From the NCBI GenBank assembly GCA_001821435.1, contig MHLP01000038.1, positions 1 to 48,555 on the forward strand: a stretch of DNA of 48,555 nucleotides, read 5' to 3'. A model generated the notes under the pieces. It saw nothing but the letters and a program-made list of their open reading frames with translations, had not been told where the DNA came from and made no database searches. Both the position numbers and the translations under genes were made by a program. This DNA comes from Candidatus Lloydbacteria bacterium RIFCSPLOWO2_01_FULL_50_20. Its GTDB lineage: Bacteria; Patescibacteriota; Minisyncoccia; Phycocordibacterales; UBA6899. Below are positions 17,614 to 26,807 of the stretch, piece after piece. How positions within the stretch are numbered: the stretch's first letter is position 1; every line of letters starts with the position of its first letter.

Positions 17614-18243
17614 TTAACGGCTATAAAACTCAATAACTGACTGGAAATTAAAGCCGAGTTCATTCTTGTCGTACTTCGGCGATCCTTTCACTTCAGCGGA
17701 CAGCTTGAGCGCGTCAGCGGCGATCCAGTTCGGTATCGGATGTTTCCCCATCTTTTCTTTTGCGGCCGTAAAAAGGGGCGATGTGCGACTTCCTTCGCGG
17801 ACAGAAACTATTTCGCCTTTTTTCACCTGATAAGACGGTATGGTCAACTTGCGTTTTCCGACCATGATGTGTCCGTGCGAAACCATCTGACGCGCCTGGG
17901 TACGGCTCTGTGCCAGACCAAGACGATAGACCACATTGTCGAGGCGCCGTTCGAGGCGCTCAAAGAGATGTTCTACGGGAGACCCGGATGTTTCATTGCC
18001 TGCTTCTTTGACGTAGCGTCTGAATTGTTTCTCGGAAAGGCCGTAGACATTGCGCAGTTTCTGTTTTTCCTTCAGCTGAATACCGTATTCGGTAAGATTG
18101 CTCCGGTGTTTGCGTTCGGAAAGGGCCTTGCCGGGCGGAGAAGGCCGCTTTTCAAAAATACATTTCGGGGTAAAACATTTCTCACCTTTCAAGAAAAGTT
18201 TTTCTCCGGCACGACGGCAAGTTTTGCATTTTTGGTCAGACAT
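17614..18243 (-). CDS. rpsD: 30S ribosomal protein S4 (Cys/Zn-type N-terminus)
   Basis: CKTCRR..LFLKGEKC..KC, QLKEKQK, LERRLDNVVYRLG, IEFYSR. Confidence 0.98.
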   Translation of the reverse strand: MSDQKCKTCRRAGEKLFLKGEKCFTPKCIFEKRPSPPGKALSERKHRSNLTEYGIQLKEKQKLRNVYGLSEKQFRRYVKEAGNETSGSPVEHLFERLERRLDNVVYRLGLAQSRTQARQMVSHGHIMVGKRKLTIPSYQVKKGEIVSVREGSRTSPLFTAAKEKMGKHPIPNWIAADALKLSAEVKGSPKYDKNELGFNFQSVIEFYSR

Positions 18244-18283
18244 ACCAGTTTTATACAAGTGAAAATGAGTAATAAAACTGAGT

Positions 18284-18381
18284 ACCGTGCATCTTCAAAG
18301 GTTCACTGTGTCGTTCGGTTTGTTCGATCGGTATTTTGTTCATGGTCAATTTTGAATTATTTACGGAAGAAGGTGCACGGT
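18284..18381. mobile_element. ~98-bp MITE-like element
   Basis: Terminal inverted repeats ACCGTGCATCTTC / GAAGGTGCACGGT, resembling the ends of the 15908-16146 element. Confidence 0.55.
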
Positions 18382-18421
18382 TAAGAAAAATATAGTCACT
18401 TCATTCATTATTTTTCTAAAT
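18379..18421 (-). repeat. Stop-codon-overlapping hairpin element, rpsK copy
   Basis: ATTTAGAAAAAT..GACTATATTTTTCTTAACC; 19 nt identical to the dnaK copy. Confidence 0.7.
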
Positions 18422-18850
18422 GCGGCGAGGTTTTTTAGGTCTGGGGCCGTTATGCGGAACCGGAGTCTTATCTTTGATCGAGTTGACCTCGACACCCTTG
18501 GCGATAAATGCGCGAATAGCCGATTCTCGTCCGCTTCCCACGCCGCGCACGATCGCGTCAACCGATCTGAGACCCATCAACTGCGCTTTTTCAGCCAGAA
18601 GCTCACCGATCTTCGCGGCGGCGAACGGCGTACCCTTTTTTGCGCCGGTGAATCCGAGCGAACCCGAGGAAGACCACATCAGTACATTTCCTTCTGCATC
18701 GGCAAGCGACACCATGGTGTTGTTGTACGTTGACTGAATGTTGAGCAGCGCATGGGTGATCTTCTTTTTTGGGACACGCGAAAGAGACCGGGCTTTCAAT
18801 CCTTGGTCTAACGATCCCCCGCCTTTTTTCACTATGCGCTTCTTTCCCAT
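18416..18850 (-). CDS. rpsK: 30S ribosomal protein S11
   Basis: STYNNT, KKGTPFAA, GSGRESAIRA, TPVPHNG. Confidence 0.98.
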   Translation of the reverse strand: MGKKRIVKKGGGSLDQGLKARSLSRVPKKKITHALLNIQSTYNNTMVSLADAEGNVLMWSSSGSLGFTGAKKGTPFAAAKIGELLAEKAQLMGLRSVDAIVRGVGSGRESAIRAFIAKGVEVNSIKDKTPVPHNGPRPKKPRRI

Positions 18851-18861
18851 GTTTGATGATG

Positions 18862-19242
18862 CTATTTCTTCTCCAATTTACGCCGGCCGCTACCCATGGT
18901 CTTTCTCACGTTTCCGCGTACAGTGCGTGAGTTGGTCTTGGTTCGCTGCCCACGCGTCGGTAATCCTCGCGTATGGCGCACGCCACGGTATGCCTTGATA
19001 TCTTTCAGGCGTTTGATGTTGCCTGCTTTTTCGCGCCTCAGATCACCCTCGATCTTCATGCCTTCGATGAGCTTTCTGACACGGTTTTCTTCATCAGCTG
19101 AAATTTCGCCTGGCCTCTTCGTTGCCTCTACGTTGGCTTCCCGCAGGATCCTTTTGGCGGTCGAGTAACCGACACCATAGAACGTGGTGAGTCCAACCCA
19201 CAGCTGCTTATTGTCCGGAACGGTGATACCGAGAATACGCAT
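18862..19242 (-). CDS. rpsM: 30S ribosomal protein S13
   Basis: IEGDLRRE, YRGVRH..GLPTRGQRTKTNSRT. Confidence 0.98.
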   Translation of the reverse strand: MRILGITVPDNKQLWVGLTTFYGVGYSTAKRILREANVEATKRPGEISADEENRVRKLIEGMKIEGDLRREKAGNIKRLKDIKAYRGVRHTRGLPTRGQRTKTNSRTVRGNVRKTMGSGRRKLEKK

Positions 19243-19247
19243 AAAAT

Positions 19248-19282
19248 TAGTCAGTAGTAGGTAGTAGGTAGTAGGTAGTAGA
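19248..19282. repeat. Heptamer tandem repeat (TAGTAGG)n
   Basis: tagtcag tagtagg tagtagg tagtagg tagtaga. Confidence 0.85.
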
Positions 19283-19315
19283 ATTCATAGAATAAATCAT
19301 GTTATGATCGCATTG

Positions 19316-19429
19316 CTAGCCCTGTCTTTGCTTATGGCGCGGATTCGCACAAATAACATAAATAGCGCCGCTCCGACGAACGGTTTTACATTTTGCACAG
19401 ATCTTTTTTATTGAAGCTTTCACGCGCAT
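19316..19429 (-). CDS. rpmJ: 50S ribosomal protein L36
   Basis: [28 protein letters not shown]. Confidence 0.98.
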   Translation of the reverse strand: MRVKASIKKICAKCKTVRRSGAIYVICANPRHKQRQG

Positions 19430-19459
19430 AAACTCTTGTGTGTTTAAAAAACAAGGCTC

Positions 19460-19560
19460 GCCCCGTAGTAGAGCGACTAAATGATACAGCAAACCGACCA
19501 CATGCCAAAATCCCCATTATGCTACACTCTGTAGTGAGAAAAACGATCTCACTACGGGGC
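19460..19560. repeat. GCCCCGTAGT...ACTACGGGGC palindromic element
   Basis: Inverted termini; same family as 37996-38031, 38163-38205 and 16031-16061. Confidence 0.7.
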
Positions 19561-19605
19561 TCGCGAGGGCATAACCGCACGAGACAGGCCGTCAGCATAT
19601 CCCAT

Positions 19606-19824
19606 TTATAATCTTTTTACAATGCGCAGCTTTCCGCCATAGGGGTTATCTTCAAGCGCCACTTTATCCCCGACCAATACTTTGATGCGATGAATGCGCA
19701 TTTTTCCGGAGAGGTACGCAAGAACTTCCTCGCCACCCTCCGTGGTGACACGAAACATCGTGTTCGGAAGGGCTTCGGTGATCGTGCCGGTAATTAACGG
19801 CTCCTTTTGCTTATCATCGCTCAT
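19606..19824 (-). CDS. infA: Translation initiation factor IF-1
   Basis: EALPNTMFRV, LSGKMR..IKVLVGDKV. Confidence 0.98.
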   Translation of the reverse strand: MSDDKQKEPLITGTITEALPNTMFRVTTEGGEEVLAYLSGKMRIHRIKVLVGDKVALEDNPYGGKLRIVKRL

Positions 19825-19922
19825 TTCAATGGGTGTAAAGGTAAGAACCTTTGTTCACGTCATCGCTCAGACATTGTGTAAAATAAGAATTTTCTACCCG
19901 CTCCTCGCTCGACGTAATAGCG

Positions 19923-19951
19923 ATACTAGTACGACTATAATTTTTTGTCAA
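19923..19951 (-). promoter_or_regulatory. Sigma70 promoter of the infA/alpha operon
   Basis: TTGACA-17 nt-TAGTAT. Confidence 0.75.
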
Positions 19952-20072
19952 ACACTCTCTCTGGAAAAGTGCCGATTAAACAACATTTTTGGAGAAATGT
20001 AACGCATTTACAGTTGTGAAAAAATTATGGCACACGAGCAGAGGTCGGATGAGAGGTCAACCCCGCAATGCT

Positions 20073-23000
20073 TTACCATTCCTCGAATTTAAAGGTCCCC
20101 GGGATCCCCGCTCCGGTGAACGGGAATGACGGTCCGTCTGGAAGAGGATACTCCTCAAAATAAGCGGTTCCGTTGTATGTCGTGACTGCTCCCGGCGTGA
20201 AGCGGATCGTCACGTTTCGCGTTCCGCCGTTTGCGGAGATGCTGATGGTGCAGTCAGTGAGACAGCTATATTGAGGGTGTGGCATGGCAAGGGTGACGTT
20301 GATATCGGTGACGCCATAATTTGTCAGGTTGAGCACGAGATCCTTTGAGCGCCCGATGATCACATTGCCAAAATCGAGCCCTGCGCCGGAGATAGGAAGC
20401 ACGCCGGTGCCCCAGTCAGGAATGACGACGGAGGATGCAGGTAAGGTGTTGGCAGTGAAGGTGATAGTTTCCTCAATGAGACCTACGGTCGCGCCGGGAG
20501 TAAAACGAATGGTGACCGTATGCGAACCGCCGGCGGGAATCGAATAATTGCAGCCGGCAATACACTGGAAATATGTTGTGTCCGAAGATGTTACCGTGCC
20601 GATAAGGGTGCTTCCCGCCTCTCCCACATTTGAAACAATAAAGTCGTGCGTCTCAAAAGTATTGATCGGTACATTTCCGAAATCGCGCTGAGGAGGAGCG
20701 ACTGAGATCGCCGGTTCACTGCCCGTAACCGTTACGGTTACCGAAGCAGATGAACTTTGTCCGGTCTCATTGGTACAGGTGAATGTCCACGTTGCGTTAC
20801 CTGACGCCCATGGGCCGAGCACGCCGGAATCGTAGCTTAAATTCGGCGCCGGAACCGGCTGGTCAGTCCAGTCTCCGCTATAAGTACTTGTACGCGTCCA
20901 CGTGCAAGAAGTTGCTCCAGTGGAAGTCATGGTAATGCGGAAGGTTTCTGCGGGCGAAACGGTGGTCGCAGTCGCGGTGACCGTTACCGTGGGGGGTGGC
21001 GACACCTCGGCATACGGAGTGTCGGAAACGTAAAGTCCGGCAATAATCTCGCGAAGCCATGATCCCTCGCGGCTTTGCCCACTCAGACTTATCGGGATCG
21101 TATACCACGCTTCCGGTGTCGTTAAACCGGTCGTTATCAAGAGCGATGACGAAGCGGATGCCCCGACAGGAAGCGATATGGTCGTCGGGGAAAACGAAGA
21201 GGTCATTGTCGGTTCACCGGGCGAAATACTGCTGCCTAGTGAGACAGATCCGCTCCAGCCATTGACGCTTCTCACGCCGACATCATAAACCGCCGGACTT
21301 CCAAAGGCCACCCCCAGTGTTTTGGGAACAAGTGCGGGTTCAAACCCCCACACGACAAGCGTCACGGGAATCGACCGATTGATGATGAATCCCGTGGAGT
21401 TTGCGGAATTGAAAGTGATCGAGTAGTTCTTGTAAGGATCCCCGGCGGTAGCTGTTGTAACATTCAATCCGTAAATATCGCATGTCCCGAATGCGGGGAG
21501 CAAACATGACTTTGGCCACATTCCGGCTTTAGTGACCCCGGACGGAACAACTGCATCAATAGTAATAGTATCCGTAAAGCCACTGCGAGACGAGGCGCGA
21601 AAAGCATAGCCCGGAGACGCTCCCGGCCCGGAGAAACTGAAGACCGACCTGGAAAAAACATGGAACCCGGAGTCTGTTGCTGCTGAACCTCGCAAACGCA
21701 CGCCGCCGACCGGTTGCTGTGAAAACGGGATCTGCAGCCCGTTGAAATAGTAGCGAACTCCCGCAGGAATATTTTGAGACCAGATCTGTTTCCACGTGCT
21801 CGTTGTCGGGTTGTAGATATCAATATACACCGTGATCGGGTTTCCGGAATGCGAATGCACCTGAGGATTTGGCCCTCCTTTCCCGAATATCGTCAAAAAG
21901 TTCACCTCTGAAAAAGTCTGGCCGAAAAGGGCGGTGTAGGAATTAAAATCTTCCTCTTCCGGCGAAGATCCCCATGTGTAATTTAAGTTTCCAACCGGTC
22001 CATATCCGGGAAAAGCATTGTACGGATCGGAGAGCGGATTGATGAGCTCAATATAATATGATGGCGAAAGTAGCTCCCATTCGAACCCCACGATCGATGA
22101 ACCGGTTCTGGCCTCATAGACCGCTTCGATAAGCGCTGTTGTCGGGACAGAAAAGGTCAATTCAGAGGAAGAACTTGCCGTAATGTTATTGAATTTCCGA
22201 ACACCGTCGACATAAACGCTCAACTCGGTCAATCCTCTTCCGGTAAAGCGATACGTATTCGGAGGAAAAGTGAAATTTCCTTTCCAAACGGCAGACCAAT
22301 TATCAAGTCCGGTAAAAGCGGGGTCTGGTGAACCCGTTGTTCCGGGAGTTATGCCGTCTCCCCAATCAAACGCAAGCGCCGTGGCTTTTGTGTAAACCTT
22401 TGGCGAATTTGCCGGATCGGTGACAACGGGTCCGCTCGGAAGACTACCCGCGATCCCGAGAAATTCTTCGTTGCCGTTATAAAGGCATCCCTTAAACTGA
22501 TTCGTGCCCGCTTCAGTCGTGTTGCAGTAAGTGACACCGCTTGGCTGTTTTTCCCAGCCAAAATTTACTTTTGCCTCACCGGTATTTTCCCACATGCTTA
22601 ATACGGTGGTGATGTCATCCCGCGCAAGGACCTCGCAATAGAAAGTTTTCTCTGTGGTTCCGACGGTCATGAACGCATTGTTATAAACTTGAGTGGGAGA
22701 ACTTGTGCTAACGACCGCATTGGAACATCGTAGGTTGTTGGGAATCGAAGATTGAAAGGTGATCATTGTGCCGTCATCGTTGCCTGCGGTGAATCGATAC
22801 CATCCCGGAAGGAAAGTAAATTTTCCTTTCCAGACCGCCCCGAAATTATCGGCGGCGAGACCCGGATCGGGGGTCCCGGTGCCCCAATTTTCGTTGATCG
22901 CAGTCGCCGTTTCATATACTGCGCCGCTTGCCGCCGGATCGGTTACGTTTGGTCCGGGCGCCGCAGGTCCGTGCAGGGTGTTGAAACCGACATCTTTGTA

Positions 23001-24575
23001 GAGACAGCCGACCATTTGATTCGTGCCAATCGCATTGAAATCGCAGACGGACGGTTTCCAGCTGAAATTGATGTCGGTATTTGTGTTGCCCGGAGTCTCC
23101 TTATAGAGAATGACCCGAATGGTAACCGTGCTTTCCGCGGAAAATGTGTGTGCAAACGACACATTTGATCCGTAACTTTTTTGTTCTACGGTGTTATCGG
23201 AATAAAGAAACGAAACTAACGCCGACTGATTTGCGTCGGTGACAAATTCATACATTCCGGGCGCGAAAGTGAATGTTCCGATCCATACTGCCGTGAAGGC
23301 CGAGTCCGTTCCAGTAATAGGAGAAAGTGTACCAAAATCATGTTCGATGGCTGTTGCCGATTCGGGTGCCGGGTTGGCAATGACCGCACCCGGCGGCGCG
23401 TCCCCGTAACGTTCCGCGGTAAAATAGTCGTGGAAGCATCCCTTGAATTGACCGGGGTTCGCGCCTTTTTGCCACGAATCCTTATCGCACGTAATGAAAA
23501 ATATGCTGTCGAGTGTTTTTTCATTTCCTGCGGTGTCCCGCGCCGTTATGGTATACGAATGCGAGCTTCCACTCACGGGATAGGGACCGAGGGTCCCGGT
23601 TACGCAATCAGGTGCAATTAACGGCCCCTGCGTTCCCGAACCGGCAAAATCACACCTCTTCACCTCTGTTCCATCAACGGATATCCGTATCCATTGTATC
23701 CCGGAATAGGTATCCTGCGCCGAGCCGGTGATCGTCAGCGTTTCGTCGTTCTTGAAAGAAAATTTATCGGGGGTATTGACCGACGAAACGATCGGCAGAG
23801 TTCTGTCGATACCGAATGCCAATAATCCCGACCAGGAGGATATCGGATCCGGAGCGCCCCCGTTCAAGCCGGCATAAAATCCCCATGACTGCCATCCTTC
23901 CTGAAGCTGAGAAGGAAAAGTAAGGGTATAAGTGCCTACCCCCGGAGAGCCGGAGACGTTCACCGTTGCGGGAGATAATGCTCCCGCGTATAGCTTGAAC
24001 GAATGAACGCCGGTCACCCCATGTGTCGAGGTCATGTTGAGTACTTCGGCGTCGAAAGTCGGCTGGGCACTGAACCATTGTCCTGTCGGCGATACCGGAC
24101 GGATCGACAGTCCCTGTGCAAGCGGTGCAAGGTGGATGTGCGCCCGAATACGTTTCCCCGCCCACGCTTCAGGATTGTTTAATACGGTATATGCACCGGT
24201 GAAGTCGCGGTAATTGGGCGGCCCGTCGACTTTCACGGATACTCTTTGCGTCGTCACATTAATGCAAATTGTATTGGTCCGCGAGATCAAGTTCCCCGAT
24301 ACCGTCCCCACGGTCGCGCCGGTTGCTTGGTCGTTCACCGTAATGGTAATATTCTCGACGACGACCGCCGTTTCGTTGCTTAAATTTTTCGTCTCAAAAT
24401 CAAATTGTGTTTCTCCGGGAGAGCATGCGCCGGCACCGAGATCTTCGGCGAAGAATGAAAAATATCCGTAACCAGGCTCTGCGGCATTCGCAGTTAAGCT
24501 CAAAGCTGTTCCTCCGAAAAGTATCGCTCCGATGGTGATCACCCTGACGAAACGACGTACGGCGATATGTTCCAT
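20073..24575 (-). CDS. Large secreted surface protein with three PA14-like repeats, Ig-like domains and two C-terminal ASH/choice-of-anchor-D-like domains
   Basis: Signal peptide ending ANA|A; DRTLP..ITARDTAGN Ig-like domain; three repeats with consensus (N)QFKGC..AVWKG.FTF.PG.YRF; two DFGNV..VTIRFTPGA repeats. Confidence 0.8.
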   Translation of the reverse strand: MEHIAVRRFVRVITIGAILFGGTALSLTANAAEPGYGYFSFFAEDLGAGACSPGETQFDFETKNLSNETAVVVENITITVNDQATGATVGTVSGNLISRTNTICINVTTQRVSVKVDGPPNYRDFTGAYTVLNNPEAWAGKRIRAHIHLAPLAQGLSIRPVSPTGQWFSAQPTFDAEVLNMTSTHGVTGVHSFKLYAGALSPATVNVSGSPGVGTYTLTFPSQLQEGWQSWGFYAGLNGGAPDPISSWSGLLAFGIDRTLPIVSSVNTPDKFSFKNDETLTITGSAQDTYSGIQWIRISVDGTEVKRCDFAGSGTQGPLIAPDCVTGTLGPYPVSGSSHSYTITARDTAGNEKTLDSIFFITCDKDSWQKGANPGQFKGCFHDYFTAERYGDAPPGAVIANPAPESATAIEHDFGTLSPITGTDSAFTAVWIGTFTFAPGMYEFVTDANQSALVSFLYSDNTVEQKSYGSNVSFAHTFSAESTVTIRVILYKETPGNTNTDINFSWKPSVCDFNAIGTNQMVGCLYKDVGFNTLHGPAAPGPNVTDPAASGAVYETATAINENWGTGTPDPGLAADNFGAVWKGKFTFLPGWYRFTAGNDDGTMITFQSSIPNNLRCSNAVVSTSSPTQVYNNAFMTVGTTEKTFYCEVLARDDITTVLSMWENTGEAKVNFGWEKQPSGVTYCNTTEAGTNQFKGCLYNGNEEFLGIAGSLPSGPVVTDPANSPKVYTKATALAFDWGDGITPGTTGSPDPAFTGLDNWSAVWKGNFTFPPNTYRFTGRGLTELSVYVDGVRKFNNITASSSSELTFSVPTTALIEAVYEARTGSSIVGFEWELLSPSYYIELINPLSDPYNAFPGYGPVGNLNYTWGSSPEEEDFNSYTALFGQTFSEVNFLTIFGKGGPNPQVHSHSGNPITVYIDIYNPTTSTWKQIWSQNIPAGVRYYFNGLQIPFSQQPVGGVRLRGSAATDSGFHVFSRSVFSFSGPGASPGYAFRASSRSGFTDTITIDAVVPSGVTKAGMWPKSCLLPAFGTCDIYGLNVTTATAGDPYKNYSITFNSANSTGFIINRSIPVTLVVWGFEPALVPKTLGVAFGSPAVYDVGVRSVNGWSGSVSLGSSISPGEPTMTSSFSPTTISLPVGASASSSLLITTGLTTPEAWYTIPISLSGQSREGSWLREIIAGLYVSDTPYAEVSPPPTVTVTATATTVSPAETFRITMTSTGATSCTWTRTSTYSGDWTDQPVPAPNLSYDSGVLGPWASGNATWTFTCTNETGQSSSASVTVTVTGSEPAISVAPPQRDFGNVPINTFETHDFIVSNVGEAGSTLIGTVTSSDTTYFQCIAGCNYSIPAGGSHTVTIRFTPGATVGLIEETITFTANTLPASSVVIPDWGTGVLPISGAGLDFGNVIIGRSKDLVLNLTNYGVTDINVTLAMPHPQYSCLTDCTISISANGGTRNVTIRFTPGAVTTYNGTAYFEEYPLPDGPSFPFTGAGIPGTFKFEEW

Positions 24576-24599
24576 GGAAAAGTAAAAAGCAAAAATTAA

Positions 24600-25052
24600 T
24601 TAAAAACTCGCGGCGGGCGGAGGACCATCCTCCATATTGCGGATATTCTCGATGATCCTTATCGCTTCGATCTCGAAAGTTCTGTCAATCGCTCCGATCG
24701 TGAATAGCGTCCCGACATCACCCACGCGGATCTCGGAAAGCTTGACATGGCGTTCACCCCGCAATATCTGGGTATCTGCAGTGACTATTCCGGTATACGA
24801 ATTTTTGCCGTTCGTACTTAAACGAACCGTTTTCCTCTTCAGGTCTACTTCGGCGATCTGTCCGGTGACGTTCGTCGTGACCGGTTGCGGTTCCCTGATC
24901 TCCAGCGTGTATACCGCAACAGGAGTGTTGTCTTTGTTCAGCAGAAAACCTTTCGTTTTTGCCAGATTCACAAGCAGTACGGCAAGTATGCTAAGTACGA
25001 GGATGGCGCATGCGGCGATGATAAATTTTTTAATGCCTTCTTGGTTCGTCAT
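24600..25052 (-). CDS. Membrane-anchored OB-fold-like (DUF5666-like) protein
   Basis: N-terminal TM; VTGQIAEVD..VTADTQI..LSEIRVGD..IEAIRI. Confidence 0.6.
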   Translation of the reverse strand: MTNQEGIKKFIIAACAILVLSILAVLLVNLAKTKGFLLNKDNTPVAVYTLEIREPQPVTTNVTGQIAEVDLKRKTVRLSTNGKNSYTGIVTADTQILRGERHVKLSEIRVGDVGTLFTIGAIDRTFEIEAIRIIENIRNMEDGPPPAASF

Positions 25053-25238
25053 AATATAAAATTTAATATTGAAAGTTACTGCTCCACCTATTCATTAAAG
25101 CACGAACCCTTGAATCCGTCTCATTCCGGCAAATAGACCTGTGCATAAGAAAAATAGACGAATATCCAAAGCTTTACGTCGGCGCAAAAGCCCGATGAAC
25201 GATATAAGCCGATTCTGCGAGATGCAAACAGGGCGAAC

Positions 25239-26804
25239 CTATTCGGATAACTTATCGACGAGTTCTATGGTGATCCGTCCGGGATCGTCAGGAAATAATC
25301 GATTCCATATCGGACTGACGGATGCCTGTGCTCGCTCGACGGACGGATATTTCGAAAGAATGTTATTGAAGCTGTCCTTTGGAGTGCCGACGAGCGCAGT
25401 CTTCACGGCCGCATCATCAATGACCCAGATTAATTCCGACGTACCTTTCAGGATGAAATCCAGCTTTGTTCCGTTCATCAGTGCACTGCCGTTTTGCGGA
25501 GACATGCTGAACTCAAGAGACTCAAGATTCTTTATGTTGATGTCTTCTCCTTCGTAATTATTCACGAGTTTTTTTGCGATCGCTTTTGTGAGATCCGCGC
25601 GTTTAAAGAAGACGACAGAGATCGTCCCCTCTTCAGTGACGACCGCCTTGTTATTCGCGGATGCTTGCGCTTTCGAAAGCACCGGCTGGCCAAGCTCTAC
25701 CACGATGCTCTGATCATATGCGATCTGGAATGGCGCCAGGTCACCCCGCGCTTTTGAACGCAGCTTGGTCTCAAGCTGTACACGCAGCGTCTCTCCCGCC
25801 TGTTTCAGATCCTGATCCGATACGGTTTTGATCGTTCCCGACGCGCCCCCGGTCATCGAACCGTTTGAGCGTGCGTATACTTTTGTGAAAAGAGCAGATC
25901 CTTTGAGGCCAGGCAAAGTGAAATCGATGGGATCTGAATTATATTCAGGTCCGGCCTCGTCGGCGTAGACGGTCACTTGGAGCGAACCGGGGGTTGCTTT
26001 TCCGCCGGAAACGGTCGCTTTTGGCACCGTGACCGAATCACTGATCCGATAGACCTTTCCTGAGGGTGCCTGAAAACGGGTATTCTTGATCAGGCGCTGC
26101 GTATTCGACTGTTCATTGTAGATAATGATCTTCCCGGAAGCCTTCGTTGTTACCGTTTTTTCTCCTGTGGCCGGCACTTCAAGCGACAATGACGTCGTTG
26201 TGGACATGATCGCATAAGCAAGCTCGTTCGCTCCTGCGCTTTTAACCGCCGTAAATTTTTCATCGATCGGAAGAGTTTCATTTTTCGGGACTATCGATAT
26301 CGTCGCCCCGGAAAGAAAATTAAAAAGCAGATATATTCCGACAAGAACGATCGCCAGTCCGGCTAGCCATGGCAGCCACGCGATCAGCCGGCGTTGACCG
26401 CCGCTACCCATCGACGCATATTCCGGAAATCGAGGAGGTTTCTCGGGCGGAGGAACGGAAATAACGGGTGCATCATGAGCCTGTTCGGTATATTGCTCAT
26501 ATCCTTGATCACGCTGCTCGGGCGTAAACATCTTTGCCGATTTGCACGGAGCTTCGACGGGTATGTCCTCCTTGCTTTGCTGTTCCGGATCGTCGTTCCC
26601 TATCTGTTCGGCGATCATTTTCCACGGATTTCCGACAGTTGCCGGATCAGCGGTTTTCTTTACCGCCAATGGTGTTTTGCGTATCGGATGCTCGGGATGA
26701 GTGATCGTATATTCTTCATCGATCGGCTTTTTGACGTCTACGCTCGCAGCCTTTCGCTGCTTTCTGTGCGCCGGGACGATATCCTGGATCAAATATTTAC
26801 TCAT
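25239..26804 (-). CDS. Single-TM protein with baseplate-J-like extracytoplasmic domain
   Basis: IQDIV N-terminal motif, disordered linker, TM, then KASGKIIIYN..NTRF..VYADEAGPEYN..MTGG. Confidence 0.7.
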   Translation of the reverse strand: MSKYLIQDIVPAHRKQRKAASVDVKKPIDEEYTITHPEHPIRKTPLAVKKTADPATVGNPWKMIAEQIGNDDPEQQSKEDIPVEAPCKSAKMFTPEQRDQGYEQYTEQAHDAPVISVPPPEKPPRFPEYASMGSGGQRRLIAWLPWLAGLAIVLVGIYLLFNFLSGATISIVPKNETLPIDEKFTAVKSAGANELAYAIMSTTTSLSLEVPATGEKTVTTKASGKIIIYNEQSNTQRLIKNTRFQAPSGKVYRISDSVTVPKATVSGGKATPGSLQVTVYADEAGPEYNSDPIDFTLPGLKGSALFTKVYARSNGSMTGGASGTIKTVSDQDLKQAGETLRVQLETKLRSKARGDLAPFQIAYDQSIVVELGQPVLSKAQASANNKAVVTEEGTISVVFFKRADLTKAIAKKLVNNYEGEDINIKNLESLEFSMSPQNGSALMNGTKLDFILKGTSELIWVIDDAAVKTALVGTPKDSFNNILSKYPSVERAQASVSPIWNRLFPDDPGRITIELVDKLSE

Positions 26805-26807
26805 GTG

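Noticed and set aside
12228-18421. Integron attC interpretation of the stop-codon hairpins
   Set aside because: Their ends read GTT...AAC, the reverse of attC (RYYYAAC...GTTRRRY); they follow core genes and no integrase is present.
25239-26804. Prophage or tailocin, suggested by the baseplate-J-like domain
   Set aside because: The protein has a TM anchor and no other phage structural or replication genes are nearby.
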